A DNA stretch of 64,000 nucleotides, from contig OZ374562.1 of NCBI GenBank assembly GCA_977862235.1, positions 1,488,001 to 1,552,000 of the forward strand, given 5' to 3'. Both the position numbers and the translations under genes were made by a program. This stretch comes from Dudresnaya verticillata. Its lineage: Eukaryota. This document shows positions 1 to 11,192 of this stretch, piece by piece. The notes beneath the pieces were generated by a model. The model saw only the letters and a program-made list of their open reading frames with translations. It ran no database searches and had not been told where the DNA came from. Numbering within the stretch: position 1 is the stretch's first letter; each line of letters begins with the position of its first letter.

Positions 1-77
1 CCCCTCCCTCCCCCCCCCCCCCTCCCGCGAGGGAGTCAGAACAGTAAACAGCTTGAGATCACTAAGAGTGTGGTCAG

Positions 78-851
78 TGTAGTATAGACGTCGGGTCGAT
101 CCGACGTCTGATACTTGCTGGTCCGAAGCCGCCACACAGACCCGTCGATGGGTAGCTGTTGGGGTTGGTAGAGCGGTGTCGGCCGCGTGCGCCCCGCAGG
201 TGCGGATCGACGGCGTCGATGCCCGAGCGCGCACGGGGCGTACCGTACACGGATAGGCAGCGGCCGGATCCCAGCGTCCCTGTCGAAGGGCGGCACGAAG
301 CCGACGGAAAGGAAAAGGAAAGGGGAAAGCCTAGCGAGGCAAGGGGAAAAAGGGAAACCGCCCGCTGGCGTAAGGCAAAGGGATCGAACCCGAAAAGGCT
401 GGGGGCAAGCTTCAGCGCGAGCTGTTGCTTGCCCGGTTTACTGAGCCGTCGATGGCCGACGGTCTTAAATACCCTACACTATGTGCACTACGACTACTTC
501 TACAGTAGGTGCGCCCCACAACACCAACGCGGGAGGTGTGCGAGCGCGCGCCCATACACGTGTCGACACGTCCGGGTAACGGTTACCCGTGGGCGCGCGC
601 GGGGCGTAACGGGCAGCGGCCCTCTCAACGGCTCGATGCCGGAGAGCGTCACAGGGGCGCGCCGTGTGCGGCACGGCGCGCGGCCGCTGCCGGCAGCAAT
701 GCGGTCGACCGCTACTAATTCAACGAAAAAACTAAGGGCACGCTGCCCAACCACGACTCGCCAGCGGGCGTCATCGTGTGCACCATTACAGTGCGGCGCT
801 GCCAGCATACCTTACAGCCGCTGCTGATAGTGTGCTGACAGCTATACTACA
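78..851 (-). repeat. 3' LTR of E1
   Basis: Near-identical to 10183-10956 (I see substitutions at about 224, 249, 253 and 456); 10-bp terminal inverted repeats; adjacent PPT. Confidence 0.97.
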
Positions 852-866
852 CGGCCCCCCCTCAAG
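852..866 (-). promoter_or_regulatory. Polypurine tract of E1
   Basis: Minus strand reads CTTGAGGGGGGGCCG directly abutting the TGT of the 3' LTR. Confidence 0.9.
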
Positions 867-3089
867 CGTGAGCGCTCCGCTCACGGCCGTTGAGGTTTCC
901 CAAGTCAAAAAGTGGGGCACAGTGCGCGCGTGCTTCGCTGGAAACGCACGTGGCGCTCGATGCGCACGTGGCGCTCGATGGGCATAACGGGTTTCGCTGC
1001 CCAAATTTGAAAGGTGCGCACGCGTGTGCTCGCGCGCGGCGCACAAAGCGCACGGACAATGCGATTGGCCGTGCAATTTCTGCGCCGATTTTTCTCGCCC
1101 GAGATCGGCCGCTGCCGTGATCTCGAGGCGTGGCGCACGAGGCGCACGCACGCCCGCGTGCGCACAATGCTAGATTCGCCTTTTGTGCGAGTGTACTGTA
1201 TTCCGCGGCGCTCGACGCGCACGCTTAATGCTACGCACACGGCGCTTGACGTGCCCGTGTGCACGCGGTGCACTGTAGTCCGCGGCGCTCGACGCGCATG
1301 CTCCTTGCGACACACACGGCGCTCGACGCGCCTGACGCCGCGGCGGTCCGTCGTCAGGTCCCCTTCCACTGCCGGAGTAGGAAGTGCACCTTCGCAAATA
1401 ATTCCGCCGCTGCGGTATTGCAACTCGGTGAGGACGCGCCGCTGCGCACTCTTGTTAAAGCCTTTGCGACGCTTGTCGCGGAGACTCATGGCGACCTCGC
1501 CGCTGCGAACGCCATCGCCCTCCGCTACCGCACCGAGCGGGGTGCCCGCCGGGGCCTTAGCGCATCGGCGCAAGGCGACCCCGGAGCAGGGGCGTCGACC
1601 GCCCTCCCCGCCGGGTAAGCGGCCGCTGCCGCTGGCGCCGCTGCGGTGTACCACGCGCCGGGTACCGCGGCGGGCGCTGCTGCGCCAACTCAACCGCGCG
1701 ATGTGGCCGGGTGGCCGCGGCTATGACCCCTCCGCCGCTGGCTTTGCGTCTTCGACGACTGCTCAGCCGGGAGCGGGGGCCGGGGGCAACGCTGCCCAAT
1801 AATGCGATCGACGCATAGTGTTCGCGGGCGCCGCGGCACCCAGCGATTAGAGCGCCGCTGCGCCTTTTAGTCCAGTTACGCCGCTGCGTCTATAGACATG
1901 TTTAAAGGGAAAGGTGTGGGATATGGCTTCGGCCCGCGTCGATGCGAAATTCTTTTGGCGAAGACGATCGCCGGCGCAGCAGCTCACCACGTCGGGACGC
2001 TGCCCAAGGTGAGTGCTGTGCGCGCGCATCGAGACCGCGTGCGTCGCCACTGCGCCACGACAGCGGTCGTCTCGGCGCGGGGCTTGCGTGAGCCGCTGCT
2101 CAGGTGCAAGAGGCAAGCGTGCCGATCCCATATGGCGCCCCGGCGCCGCTGCGCGGCATGCCGCCTTGGCATGGGGGAGACCACAGTGGTTGCCCTTGCG
2201 CGCCCATCTTGGGCGCCTGGTGCCACTGCGGCTAGCTTCGGCGAGGCCGCTGCCTCGCACCCACTTGCCCGCGGCGCGCCGCTTCTGGCTACTCGATCAG
2301 CCGCTGCTGTTGCTCCCGCCGGGAGGCGGCTTGCGCCCAAATTATAGCCAATCGTTGGCTGGGGGTTTTTCGCAACCCCTTGCATTGGCTGTTGCCTTCC
2401 GGCCCGCTGGCCTGGTTGGGTGTTTCCCGACCCCCGGCTACAGTACGTACTGTAGCCGGAACACTTTTCGCGCTCGATGCGCTGCGTGCGCCCCACGCCG
2501 AGGCGTACGCCAAAAGTGACGTTCGCTTTTGGGGTGCCGTTGCGCATCGAGTGCAACGGCACTTAGGTGCACCCGAATGAGGTGGCGATCGGGCCGCTGC
2601 CCTTTGTCCCACACCACTTCGCTTCGACAGCGACGGCCTTGGGCGCGTCGACGCGCCCGCTCCACACTTACGCTGGTGTGACCCCTCCTCGCTCAGCGGC
2701 CGCTGCGGCTGGCGCGTAGGGTTGCACTGGCATGAGCGACGGTAGCGCCGCGTGCGCGGCGCTGGTTAGTAGCGGCTTCGGTAGCCGCTGGTCAGCGCCC
2801 CTTTCCTTGCGTGCGTGAGGCGTCGACGCCTGTCACGCGCGAAGGCGAGGTATCGGCTGCGTCTCCTCGCCGCTTGCGAGTGCGTGCAACCAGCCCGGGG
2901 CCGCTGCCCCAGGCTTGGTTAGCTGGCAGCTGCCCTGCGCGCATCGATGCGCCGGAATCAGCGTTCTGCTGCCCCCCTCTTGCGCTGCTGCCGCTGCTGC
3001 TGGCGCAAGGGTGACCTGTCTGGGCTCGGTGCCCAGTGCAGGGTAGGGTGAGGCATCGATTGCCTTTGCAAAAAGGCAACGAATGCCTG

Positions 3090-3110
3090 CGGCCCCCTCC
3101 TCAAGCGCGA
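3090..3110 (-). promoter_or_regulatory. Second, internal PPT-like motif just after the pol stop codon
   Basis: Minus strand TCGCGCTTGAGGAGGGGGCCG is nearly identical to the terminal PPT context TCACGCTTGAGGGGGGGCCG; the same motif follows E2 pol at ~20249-20269. Confidence 0.7.
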
Positions 3111-3128
3111 GGCGCCCCCGCCGAGGGG

Positions 3129-6100
3129 TTATGAGGAGGAGCGAACGGCTTGGAGCCGGTTGGTGTTTCGCCGCCGCTGCGATGCGAAATAGTGGCTCAC
3201 CATCTCCTCGGGGAGATGGGAACGTGGCTCCCACGTCGGCTTGCGATAGCCGGTCCACTTCACCTTGAACACGAGCGGGCCATCGTCGGCTGTACCGTGA
3301 TCAAGGACCTTATCCACCACGAACCGCGGGCCGTCGACGGCTTTGGACGCGAGTTCCTCAGTGGTGGGTAAGTAGGCGCTGCGCTGCGCAGTATCCTCCC
3401 GCAGCGGCGGGGGACAGTAGACGGCGCGGTCCGCTGCGATGCGTTCGACCAAGCCGCCTCTGTCGATAAACAGCGTGCGCTTGTCGTTAAGCAGCACGCG
3501 GTAGGGCCCTATCGCTGGGCTCTGGAGCTTCTTGGGTTTCTTAACACCGTCGCTTGCGTCGATGAAGACGTAGTCTCCCGCTCGAATGCGGGAGTTGACT
3601 TTTCTGACACGCTTGTCGAAGTCTTTCTTGTAACACCGCTGCGTTTTGTCGAGAGCGCTCGATGCGCTTGCGAAGGCGGCGTCGAGCCGCTTGAGGAAGT
3701 CCGCGCGCACGTCCTCACTAGGTTTCGGTCTGGCCGCTGCCTTATGACAATTAGTGAACTCCGGCGGCGGCCGGGACAGCACGAGGCTGAAGGGTGTCGT
3801 CCGCGTCGTGCGATGGACATGGCAGTTGTAGGAATACGTCAACGCCGCTGCGTATCGATCCCAGTCGTCCTGGTGATCGTTGATGTAATTCCTCAACATG
3901 GCCATGACGGTCCGGTTGTAGCGCTCAACCTGACCGTTCGCCTGCGGGTGGTAGGCGGACGTGAACACGTTGTTCAGTCCGAGGTAGCGGCACACTGCCT
4001 GAAAGAACTTAGAGGTGAATTGCTTCCCGTTGTCGGACAACAGAGACCTCGGTGGTCCATAGTGGAAGATCCACCTCTCACAGAACGCCACTGCGACGTG
4101 GTACGCTGTGATGGTGCGCAGCGGCGCTACTTGAGTCAGCTTCGTGAATCGATCCGTCATGACGAGCAGGAATCGCTTTCCTGACTTCGTCTTGGGCAGC
4201 GGCCCTAGGATATCGATCGCGAGCGACTCGAGCGGCCTCGTGGCCGGGAACAACTTCAACCGATGAAGAGACCTCCGCAAGCGTATGCGGTTCCTGGCAC
4301 AGTGCCGACAGTTCCGAACTGTCATGGCTATTTCCGCTGACATGTGTGGCCAGTAGTAGCTCTCGCGGAGCGTGTAGAACATCCTGTTCTGGCCAGGGTG
4401 GCCAGCCAGGAGGGAGTGGTGCGAGAGCGTGAGAAGCCGCGGCTGTAGCGCTTCGGGCACCACTATTTGCTCCAACGAGGAGATGACGGGGTGACGCCGG
4501 CACAAGAGCCTGTCCTCGTCCTCGAAGAAGTGGCTATCCCGTCGACGGGACTGCCGTGCCAACACTGTTTGGCAAAAAGAGTCGCGCCGCTGCGCATCCA
4601 CCAATTCCTCGACGGTTATTGGTGAAGGGAGCTTCACCGGTTCGACCCGGGTGAGGTCCGTCGGCTCTTGGCTCGCGTCGATGCGGCCAAGGTCGAAGAG
4701 GTCGACGTCGTCGCAGTCGTCCCGGGCTTCGTCGTCGGCAAGCCCCGGTGGTCGTCGCTGTCCGAGGGCTCCTTGGCTTCGCTGCCAGTGCCGTCCACTG
4801 CAGCCGGTCGATCCGGCGCCTTCCGCGTCGATGCGTTGGCTTGGGACCGCGTGGTCAGCAAGACCGACGGTGCCTTGGGTTCGGTACTCGAGGCACCCTC
4901 CTTCTGGCGGTGGACCGCCGGGGGGTCATAGGTAGGGACGTCGTCGTCAACCTCCTCTTGCTGCCGTCGAGGCCTCACCAGGCGGGCCAGCGCGTCCGGC
5001 ACCTGGTGGACTGTACCCGGGCGGTACTCGATCTGGAAGTCGAATTCCGCGAGTCGTAACCGCCAGCGGGTGAGGCGACCGGACGAATCTGTCAAAGACA
5101 TGAGCCAGCGCAAGGCGTCATGGTCGGTTCGTACCGTGAACCGGGTCCCTTCGATATAGGGACGCAGTGTTGTGATCGACCACACCACTTCAAAGCACTC
5201 GCGCTCCGTGGCTGAGTAGTTTCGCTCCGCTGAGCTTAGTCAGTAAGACAAGTACCCAACGGGGTGTGACTGGCCGTCCTCTTGCTCCTGGAGCAGGGCG
5301 CATCCGAGCTGGTACGCCGATGCGTCCGTGTCGAGGACGTACGGCTTGCCCTCGCGAGGGAGCCGTAGGGTAGGAGGCGATAAGAGTGTCGCTCGCAGCG
5401 TCTCGAATGCCTCTAGCGCCGCTGCGCTTGGCTTATCGAAATCCACATCCGCATCCTTGCGGATCATATCCGTCAGCGGACGAGCGATCTTCGCGAAGTT
5501 CCTGACGAAGCGGCGGTAAACGTTACACGCCCCGAGGAACGACCTCACCTTCGTTAGGGAGGTCGGGAACTGCGCATGGCGGAACGCGTCGATGCTTGTC
5601 TTCGCCATGCGTAGAGTTTCCCCGGCTCGATTACGTGAACGAGGTAGTCCACGCGGGACTGGAAGAAGTGGCACTTCTTCAGCTTCAGGGACACGCCGCC
5701 CTTGCGAAGCAGAGTCAGCACGCGGTCTAGGTGACCGACGTGCTCCGTGATCGATCGCGAGAATATGATCACATCATCGAGATAGATCAAACAACACTGC
5801 CATCTAACTCCGCTGAGTATGATGTCCAGTGCACGCTGGAAAGTCGCGGGGGCGTTCTTCAGTCCCAAGGGCATCCGCAGGTAGCGGAACGTCCCTAGGA
5901 ACGTCATGAACGTGGTCTTATCCCTGTCAGCCGCTGCGACAGGGATTTGCCAGTACCCCGCGTTACAATCCAGCGTGGAGAAAATGGCAGCGTCGCCAAG
6001 ACTGTCGATACAGTCATCCATGCGTGGGAGTGGGTACGCATCGCTCAGGGTTTTGGTGTTAAGACGTCGATAGTCCACACAAAACCTGAGCGTGCCATCT

Positions 6101-7690
6101 TTCTTGGGCGCCAGAACGACTGGCGATGCCCACTCCGACGTGGCGGGTTCGATTACCCCTGCACGCAGCATGGTCTCGACCTCGTTCTGTACGAGCTTCC
6201 GCATAGCGGGGCCCTGTCGATAGGGCATTGAGCGAATCTGCCGCGTGCCGGGTTCCACGTCGATATGGTGTTGCGTAGTGGCAATCGTGCCGAGACTCCC
6301 GTCCCACATGGACTGATGCTTCCGAAGCATGGTGAGGACGTCTTCGCGGGTGACCTTGTCTTCGATAGACGAAAGGTCCACCTGCGACTCCCAGTCCTCG
6401 ACGGACTCTCTTTTCTCCGCCGCTGCGGTCGCTGCTCCTTGGAGCTTTGTGGGCTCGGGGCCCCTTGCCATCGACGGCGTGACTGGGGGGTAGTTGCTCC
6501 CTTTACCCCTGGGCCGCTGCCCTTTGTGGGGAAGGGTGGTGATATTCATCACCCTCCCGAATTCTTCCGCGACATCGCGGTCCGGGGTTATTAGGGCGAC
6601 TGGGTTGCGGACCGCATAGCCAACCACGGTACCCTTCGGTAGGGTCCGGGCTTTGTCCGTCCAGTTGCCCAAGATAACCCCGAAGGGTCGCCCCGACTCG
6701 ATGTCGTGCACCCCGTTGGTCAGTCTCACGCCGTGGCGGAACTGCAACGAGGGCTTGGGCTCCGTGTGGACTAACCCACTAGCCCCCGACGTCACCGAGA
6801 CGAGCCTCTGCGAGTAGGTTGGGACAACCACCTGCCTAGCGAGGCGTATGGTGTGGGTATCATGATCCCAGTCGAGGAGCTCCCGCTGGTGCTTCTTCGA
6901 CAAACCCTTCGATGGGTTCTTCGGCTGCGTTGCCGGACCGGTCCCCTCGCTAGGGGTCCTGCGGCTGAGGATGGGCACCGAACCTCCTTTCCTCAGCGTC
7001 AGCCTTCTCAACTCGACGTCGATTCCGCGCACGTGCGCGTTGATAAACTGCGTGCCTATCAGTACGTCTACCGCGAGCGTGTCGGCGACGATGAAAGGCA
7101 CGCGGAACGTCGTGTTCCCTAACCTCATCGAGAGGTGGACGACGCCGGACAGCCTCAGCGGAGTCTTGTCGGCGCCTGCCAGGCGTGGCGCGGAGTCGAT
7201 CTCTGACGCGTTTTCCTCCCAGCCTGCAGGCAGGGCACCTCGAGCGATGAGGTTGTACCCGGAGCCGGTGTCCACCGCGATGGTGTGGGATATCATAACC
7301 CGCGGGTCCGCACCGAGGGACCCGGACACTCGGTAAATCTCGGAGGACAGGAGGCACACGTACCCATCGGGGGTAGGGTAGTGGCCGGCTCTGCGTCGAT
7401 GCATGGAGCCCCGGTACCCTCGCGTCGAGCGTCGGGTACCGCCTTCCCCGTCGTTGGGGAGCTGCGCCCTTTCCGTCTGGCCTGTCGCTTGCGTCGACGC
7501 CGCGGCGGCCAGGGTGGTTTGGTACGCGTCGCCCACGACGTCCCGTCGACCGGGACGTCGCTCGTGTCATTCGAAGCGCTGCTGCGCCCGACGTGGGGGC
7601 TCGCTGCCCCCAACTCCGTCGAAGGTGAAAGGGAAGGTGGGTCTGGTGTTGGACAAGACGGTGCGCGCGACCGCACGAGCGGCGCCGCCT
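3129..7690 (-). pseudogene. pol: E1 pol (aspartic protease, RT, RNase H, integrase, chromodomain) with frameshifts and one stop
   Basis: PR AVDTGSG; RT LRFCVDYRRLN, YWQI, YLDD; RH DTDAS, TDH; INT HHCC (HHSLLAGHPG...CRHC), AIDILGP, SDNG, QANGQVER, GPY; chromodomain FVVDKVLDH...KVKWTGY...TWEP (~3186-3323). Lesions near 7375, 5592, 5240 (stop) and ~4750. Confidence 0.95.
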
Positions 7691-10115
7691 TTATTCCTTT
7701 TCCGGATCGACCCGGTCAGAATTATCCTCGGAATCCGAACTTTCGTGCTCGATTCCGATTGGGTGTTTCGTAACCCCTGAGGCGCCTCGCGTCGATCGCG
7801 GAGGCGTGTCAAAAAGGAGAGGGGAATCGCTTCCCTGCCCACTGGCTGTCTCTCCCTTGTGCCGCGCGTCGAGCGCTTGCGGAAGCCACTCGTCGGCGGT
7901 GAGGCCTGTGTGCTCCTGCACCGTTATAACTGCTCGGAGCAGTTCGCGGCGCGGGTCGGCCCTCGGAGGCGTCGATGCCTGAGGTTGACGGCCAGCGTGC
8001 TCGTCGAAGCCGACCCGCTTATCGCGCAGCAGGAGCCGCGGTGCGTCGCCTTGGCGGTACTCGCGGCGTGGGTCTCGACGATCCCCGCGGTACCCCTGCG
8101 GCTCTCCGCGGTACCTTGGTGCGCCCATGCGCTGCGGGGGACCTCTCGTGTCGAAGCGTCGGTCCCCACCCCGCGGCGCGTCGTAGCGCCGTGCGGGGTT
8201 CCTTATCCTTGCGCCCGCTGGCGCGCGCTCGTCGATGAGCTGTTGGAGCATATTTCGCGAATGCGGCTGCGTTTCCATTCGATGGTTGCAGTTCGCATAC
8301 GCGCAGTACGTCTGCTGTTCCTTCGTGAGGTACGGGCACGAATACATGATGTGCCCGACCTCACGGCATAACCAGCAGATGTACCATCCCTGTCGATCAG
8401 GTATGACTGCGCGTGCCATCGCCTCCTGCGTTGGAGTGAGCGGTGGTATGCGCTTGGGTAGGACCGCGTCGATGCGTCCTGTAATGTCGAGGGTCTCGAC
8501 GGCCTCGGCCGACCCGGCTGTCGATAGCGCGAGTGCGACCATCACGGGTTCGAACCCGTCGGCGTCAGGGTCCACCAGCATTGTGCTGTAGATAGCAACG
8601 TCCCCGCTGGGATAGCTTGGTGGGCCCTCGATGAGCAGTGTACGGCCGCTTGCCGAGCTGCCATCTGACCTGCCGCGCCCTGAGGTATTCGTCGGCTGCG
8701 CTGCCTTTGCCGAACGGGCGCGGTAGGTTGTGCCCTCGCTATGGGCAATCCGACGAACGGTACTAAAATTGGTCTGTTCGACCATAGGCAGCTGCCTGAC
8801 CTTCTCCGCCACTGCGGGTCTTGTCGTGGGCAGCAGGCCCCGAAGGAATTGATGCGTCAAGTTCTCATCGGAGTACACGCCGGCACAGGCGTCCGCATAC
8901 CCTTCGAGACGAGTAGCGAACTCAAGCTCGGACTCGGCGTCCCTCTGCTTGGCGGTGGTCAGCCGGTCATGGGCGTCTGCGATGACGTCGTCCGTGACGA
9001 ACCTCTCGACGAGGGTATTGACCACCGAGGCCCAGCAGGGTGGGGTGCCGCGCTGCGTTGTGCGCACCCCAGAGAACAGGTGACTCGAGTACACCTGCGA
9101 CGCGGTTCCATCGAGGAACCAGGACACCACACGCGCCGCTGCGCCTTCGGATAGTCCAACGCCATTGAATGCTTGGCGTAGCTGTCGAAGCACACCAAGC
9201 ATGCGAATCGGCTCCTTGCCATCGAACCGGTCGAGCCGGGGCATCAGGGCCTTCATGCTGCTGACAATCTTCGCAGTATTGCCGCTGCATACCTGCTGTT
9301 GATTGTCCCGCTGATCGATGTCATCGAGACGGTACGAGCGGTAGTCGATCGCCTTAGCGAACTCTGGCACCAACGTGGTTAAAGGCTCGATGCCTGCCAT
9401 GAGTGGGCCCCAATGCCAATAGGCAGAGACGGGCCCCCGTGCTGTTGGGGGGTCGGTCCCCCTTTGTGTTTTGCCCGTCGAGGGCTTGTTGGAGCAACCT
9501 GGGGTCGACCCCGTAGAACGGATTGGGGTCCCCACTCGGATGGTGCGACCCCGCCGCACTCCTCGGTGGAGATGGCGGTGGTGAAGGAAAGCGATGCCGA
9601 GCTCGTTGCTCGGCAAGTATGGCAGCGGCCAATTCTTGAACTGCACCCGCTGGTGACTGCGGTCGCGGAGGAGAGCGCTGCGCCGACGACGGGCCTGTAG
9701 CCCGCTGGCGTTGCCGCGTCGGCGCGCGCTCTATCAACTCAACGCGGCGGCGTAGCTCATCGAGGAGCCCCTGTGACCGGGTTATTCCGTCCTCGATGGA
9801 CGCCAAAGGACCGCGTCGAAGCGTGTCCAGGTCTTGCTGGCCGTCGGCCTTCGCCGCAACTATCGAAGCTGTAAGGTGGTCGTACACCTCGGCTAGCGAG
9901 TCCATGGTCTCCTCATAGAGCAGCTGGAGGTCGGCCACCGAGACCAGACTCCCGGCGAGGGCCTTTTGCAGCGCGGCCCTCCGCTCGAGCCTCACATCGT
10001 GTAGAGGAGTACCTGAGACGCCGATGGTACTCAGTATTGAGGTGCGACCCGTCGCGTCCTCAACTTCTCCGGCAGCGGCCGATGCGGCAGCGGCTGGGTC
10101 AGGAGGACTCGACAT
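7691..10115 (-). pseudogene. gag: E1 gag with one frameshift near 9450
   Basis: ORFs 9354-10115 and 7691-9646 join into one gag homologous to E2 gag; CCHC knuckle CWLCREVGHIMYSC. Confidence 0.92.
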
Positions 10116-10159
10116 CCTTTACTTCGATCGCGTCGATGCGAGAAGTACTTGGGTCTCGA

Positions 10160-10181
10160 CGACTTCTAGGTCGGGAGACCA
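10160..10181 (-). promoter_or_regulatory. Primer-binding site of E1 (probably tRNA-Tyr)
   Basis: TGGTCTCCCGACCTAGAAGTCG one base after the 5' LTR; TGG complements tRNA CCA; resembles the complement of a tRNA-Tyr 3' end (...CGGGAGACCA as in yeast). Confidence 0.85.
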
Positions 10182-10182
10182 G

Positions 10183-10956
10183 TGTAGTATAGACGTCGGG
10201 TCGATCCGACGTCTGATACTTGCTGGTCCGAAGCCGCCACACAGACCCGTCGATGGGTAGCTGTTGGGGTTGGTAGAGCGGTGTCGGCCGCGTGCGCCCC
10301 GCAGGTGCGGATCGACGGCGTCGATGCCGGAGCGCGCACGGGGCGTACCGTACGCGGGTAGGCAGCGGCCGGATCCCAGCGTCCCTGTCGAAGGGCGGCA
10401 CGAAGCCGACGGAAAGGAAAAGGAAAGGGGAAAGCCTAGCGAGGCAAGGGGAAAAAGGGAAACCGCCCGCTGGCGTAAGGCAAAGGGATCGAACCCGAAA
10501 AGGCTGGGGGCAAGCTTCAGCGCGAGCTGTTGCTTGCCCGGTTTACTGAGCCGTCGATGGACGACGGTCTTAAATACCCTACACTATGTGCACTACGACT
10601 ACTTCTACAGTAGGTGCGCCCCACAACACCAACGCGGGAGGTGTGCGAGCGCGCGCCCATACACGTGTCGACACGTCCGGGTAACGGTTACCCGTGGGCG
10701 CGCGCGGGGCGTAACGGGCAGCGGCCCTCTCAACGGCTCGATGCCGGAGAGCGTCACAGGGGCGCGCCGTGTGCGGCACGGCGCGCGGCCGCTGCCGGCA
10801 GCAATGCGGTCGACCGCTACTAATTCAACGAAAAAACTAAGGGCACGCTGCCCAACCACGACTCGCCAGCGGGCGTCATCGTGTGCACCATTACAGTGCG
10901 GCGCTGCCAGCATACCTTACAGCCGCTGCTGATAGTGTGCTGACAGCTATACTACA
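10183..10956 (-). repeat. 5' LTR of E1
   Basis: Direct repeat of 78-851, followed in element orientation by the PBS. Confidence 0.97.
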
Positions 10957-11192
10957 GTCAGGCTACTGCGAGGGTGTTCCGCCCGAGCTCTGTTCCCGAT
11001 TATCCCAGTCCGCCCCGCTGACCCCTTCGCTCGCTAACCCCCTTGCGTCGCGGAAACAAGGTTGCTCTTGTTGCGACCCACGCGCCCCTACGACTCTCAC
11101 AACAATCCGGATTAGAGTGTCGCAAGACGCGCTCGAGTTCAACCACACAAAGTCCGTCCAAGCTGAAGCGCTGATCTACACCGATCGACACC

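Larger units (their letters stand above)
78..10956 (-). mobile_element. Full-length Ty3/Gypsy chromoviral LTR retrotransposon (E1)
   Basis: Two 774-bp direct repeats ending TGTAGTATAG...CTATACTACA; 5-bp TSD GTCAG at 73-77 and 10957-10961; PBS and PPT present; domain order gag-PR-RT-RH-INT-chromodomain on the minus strand. Confidence 0.97.

Noticed and set aside
1..26. C-rich tract (G-quadruplex or PPT on the minus strand)
   Set aside because: At the window edge with no context to interpret it
159..827. 222-aa ORF, duplicated at 10264-10932
   Set aside because: Lies wholly within the GC-rich LTR; duplication is explained by LTR identity and there is no protein motif
3150..9700. Numerous plus-strand ORFs overlapping E1 gag-pol (and minus-strand ORFs over E2)
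   Set aside because: Shadow frames expected opposite GC-rich coding sequence
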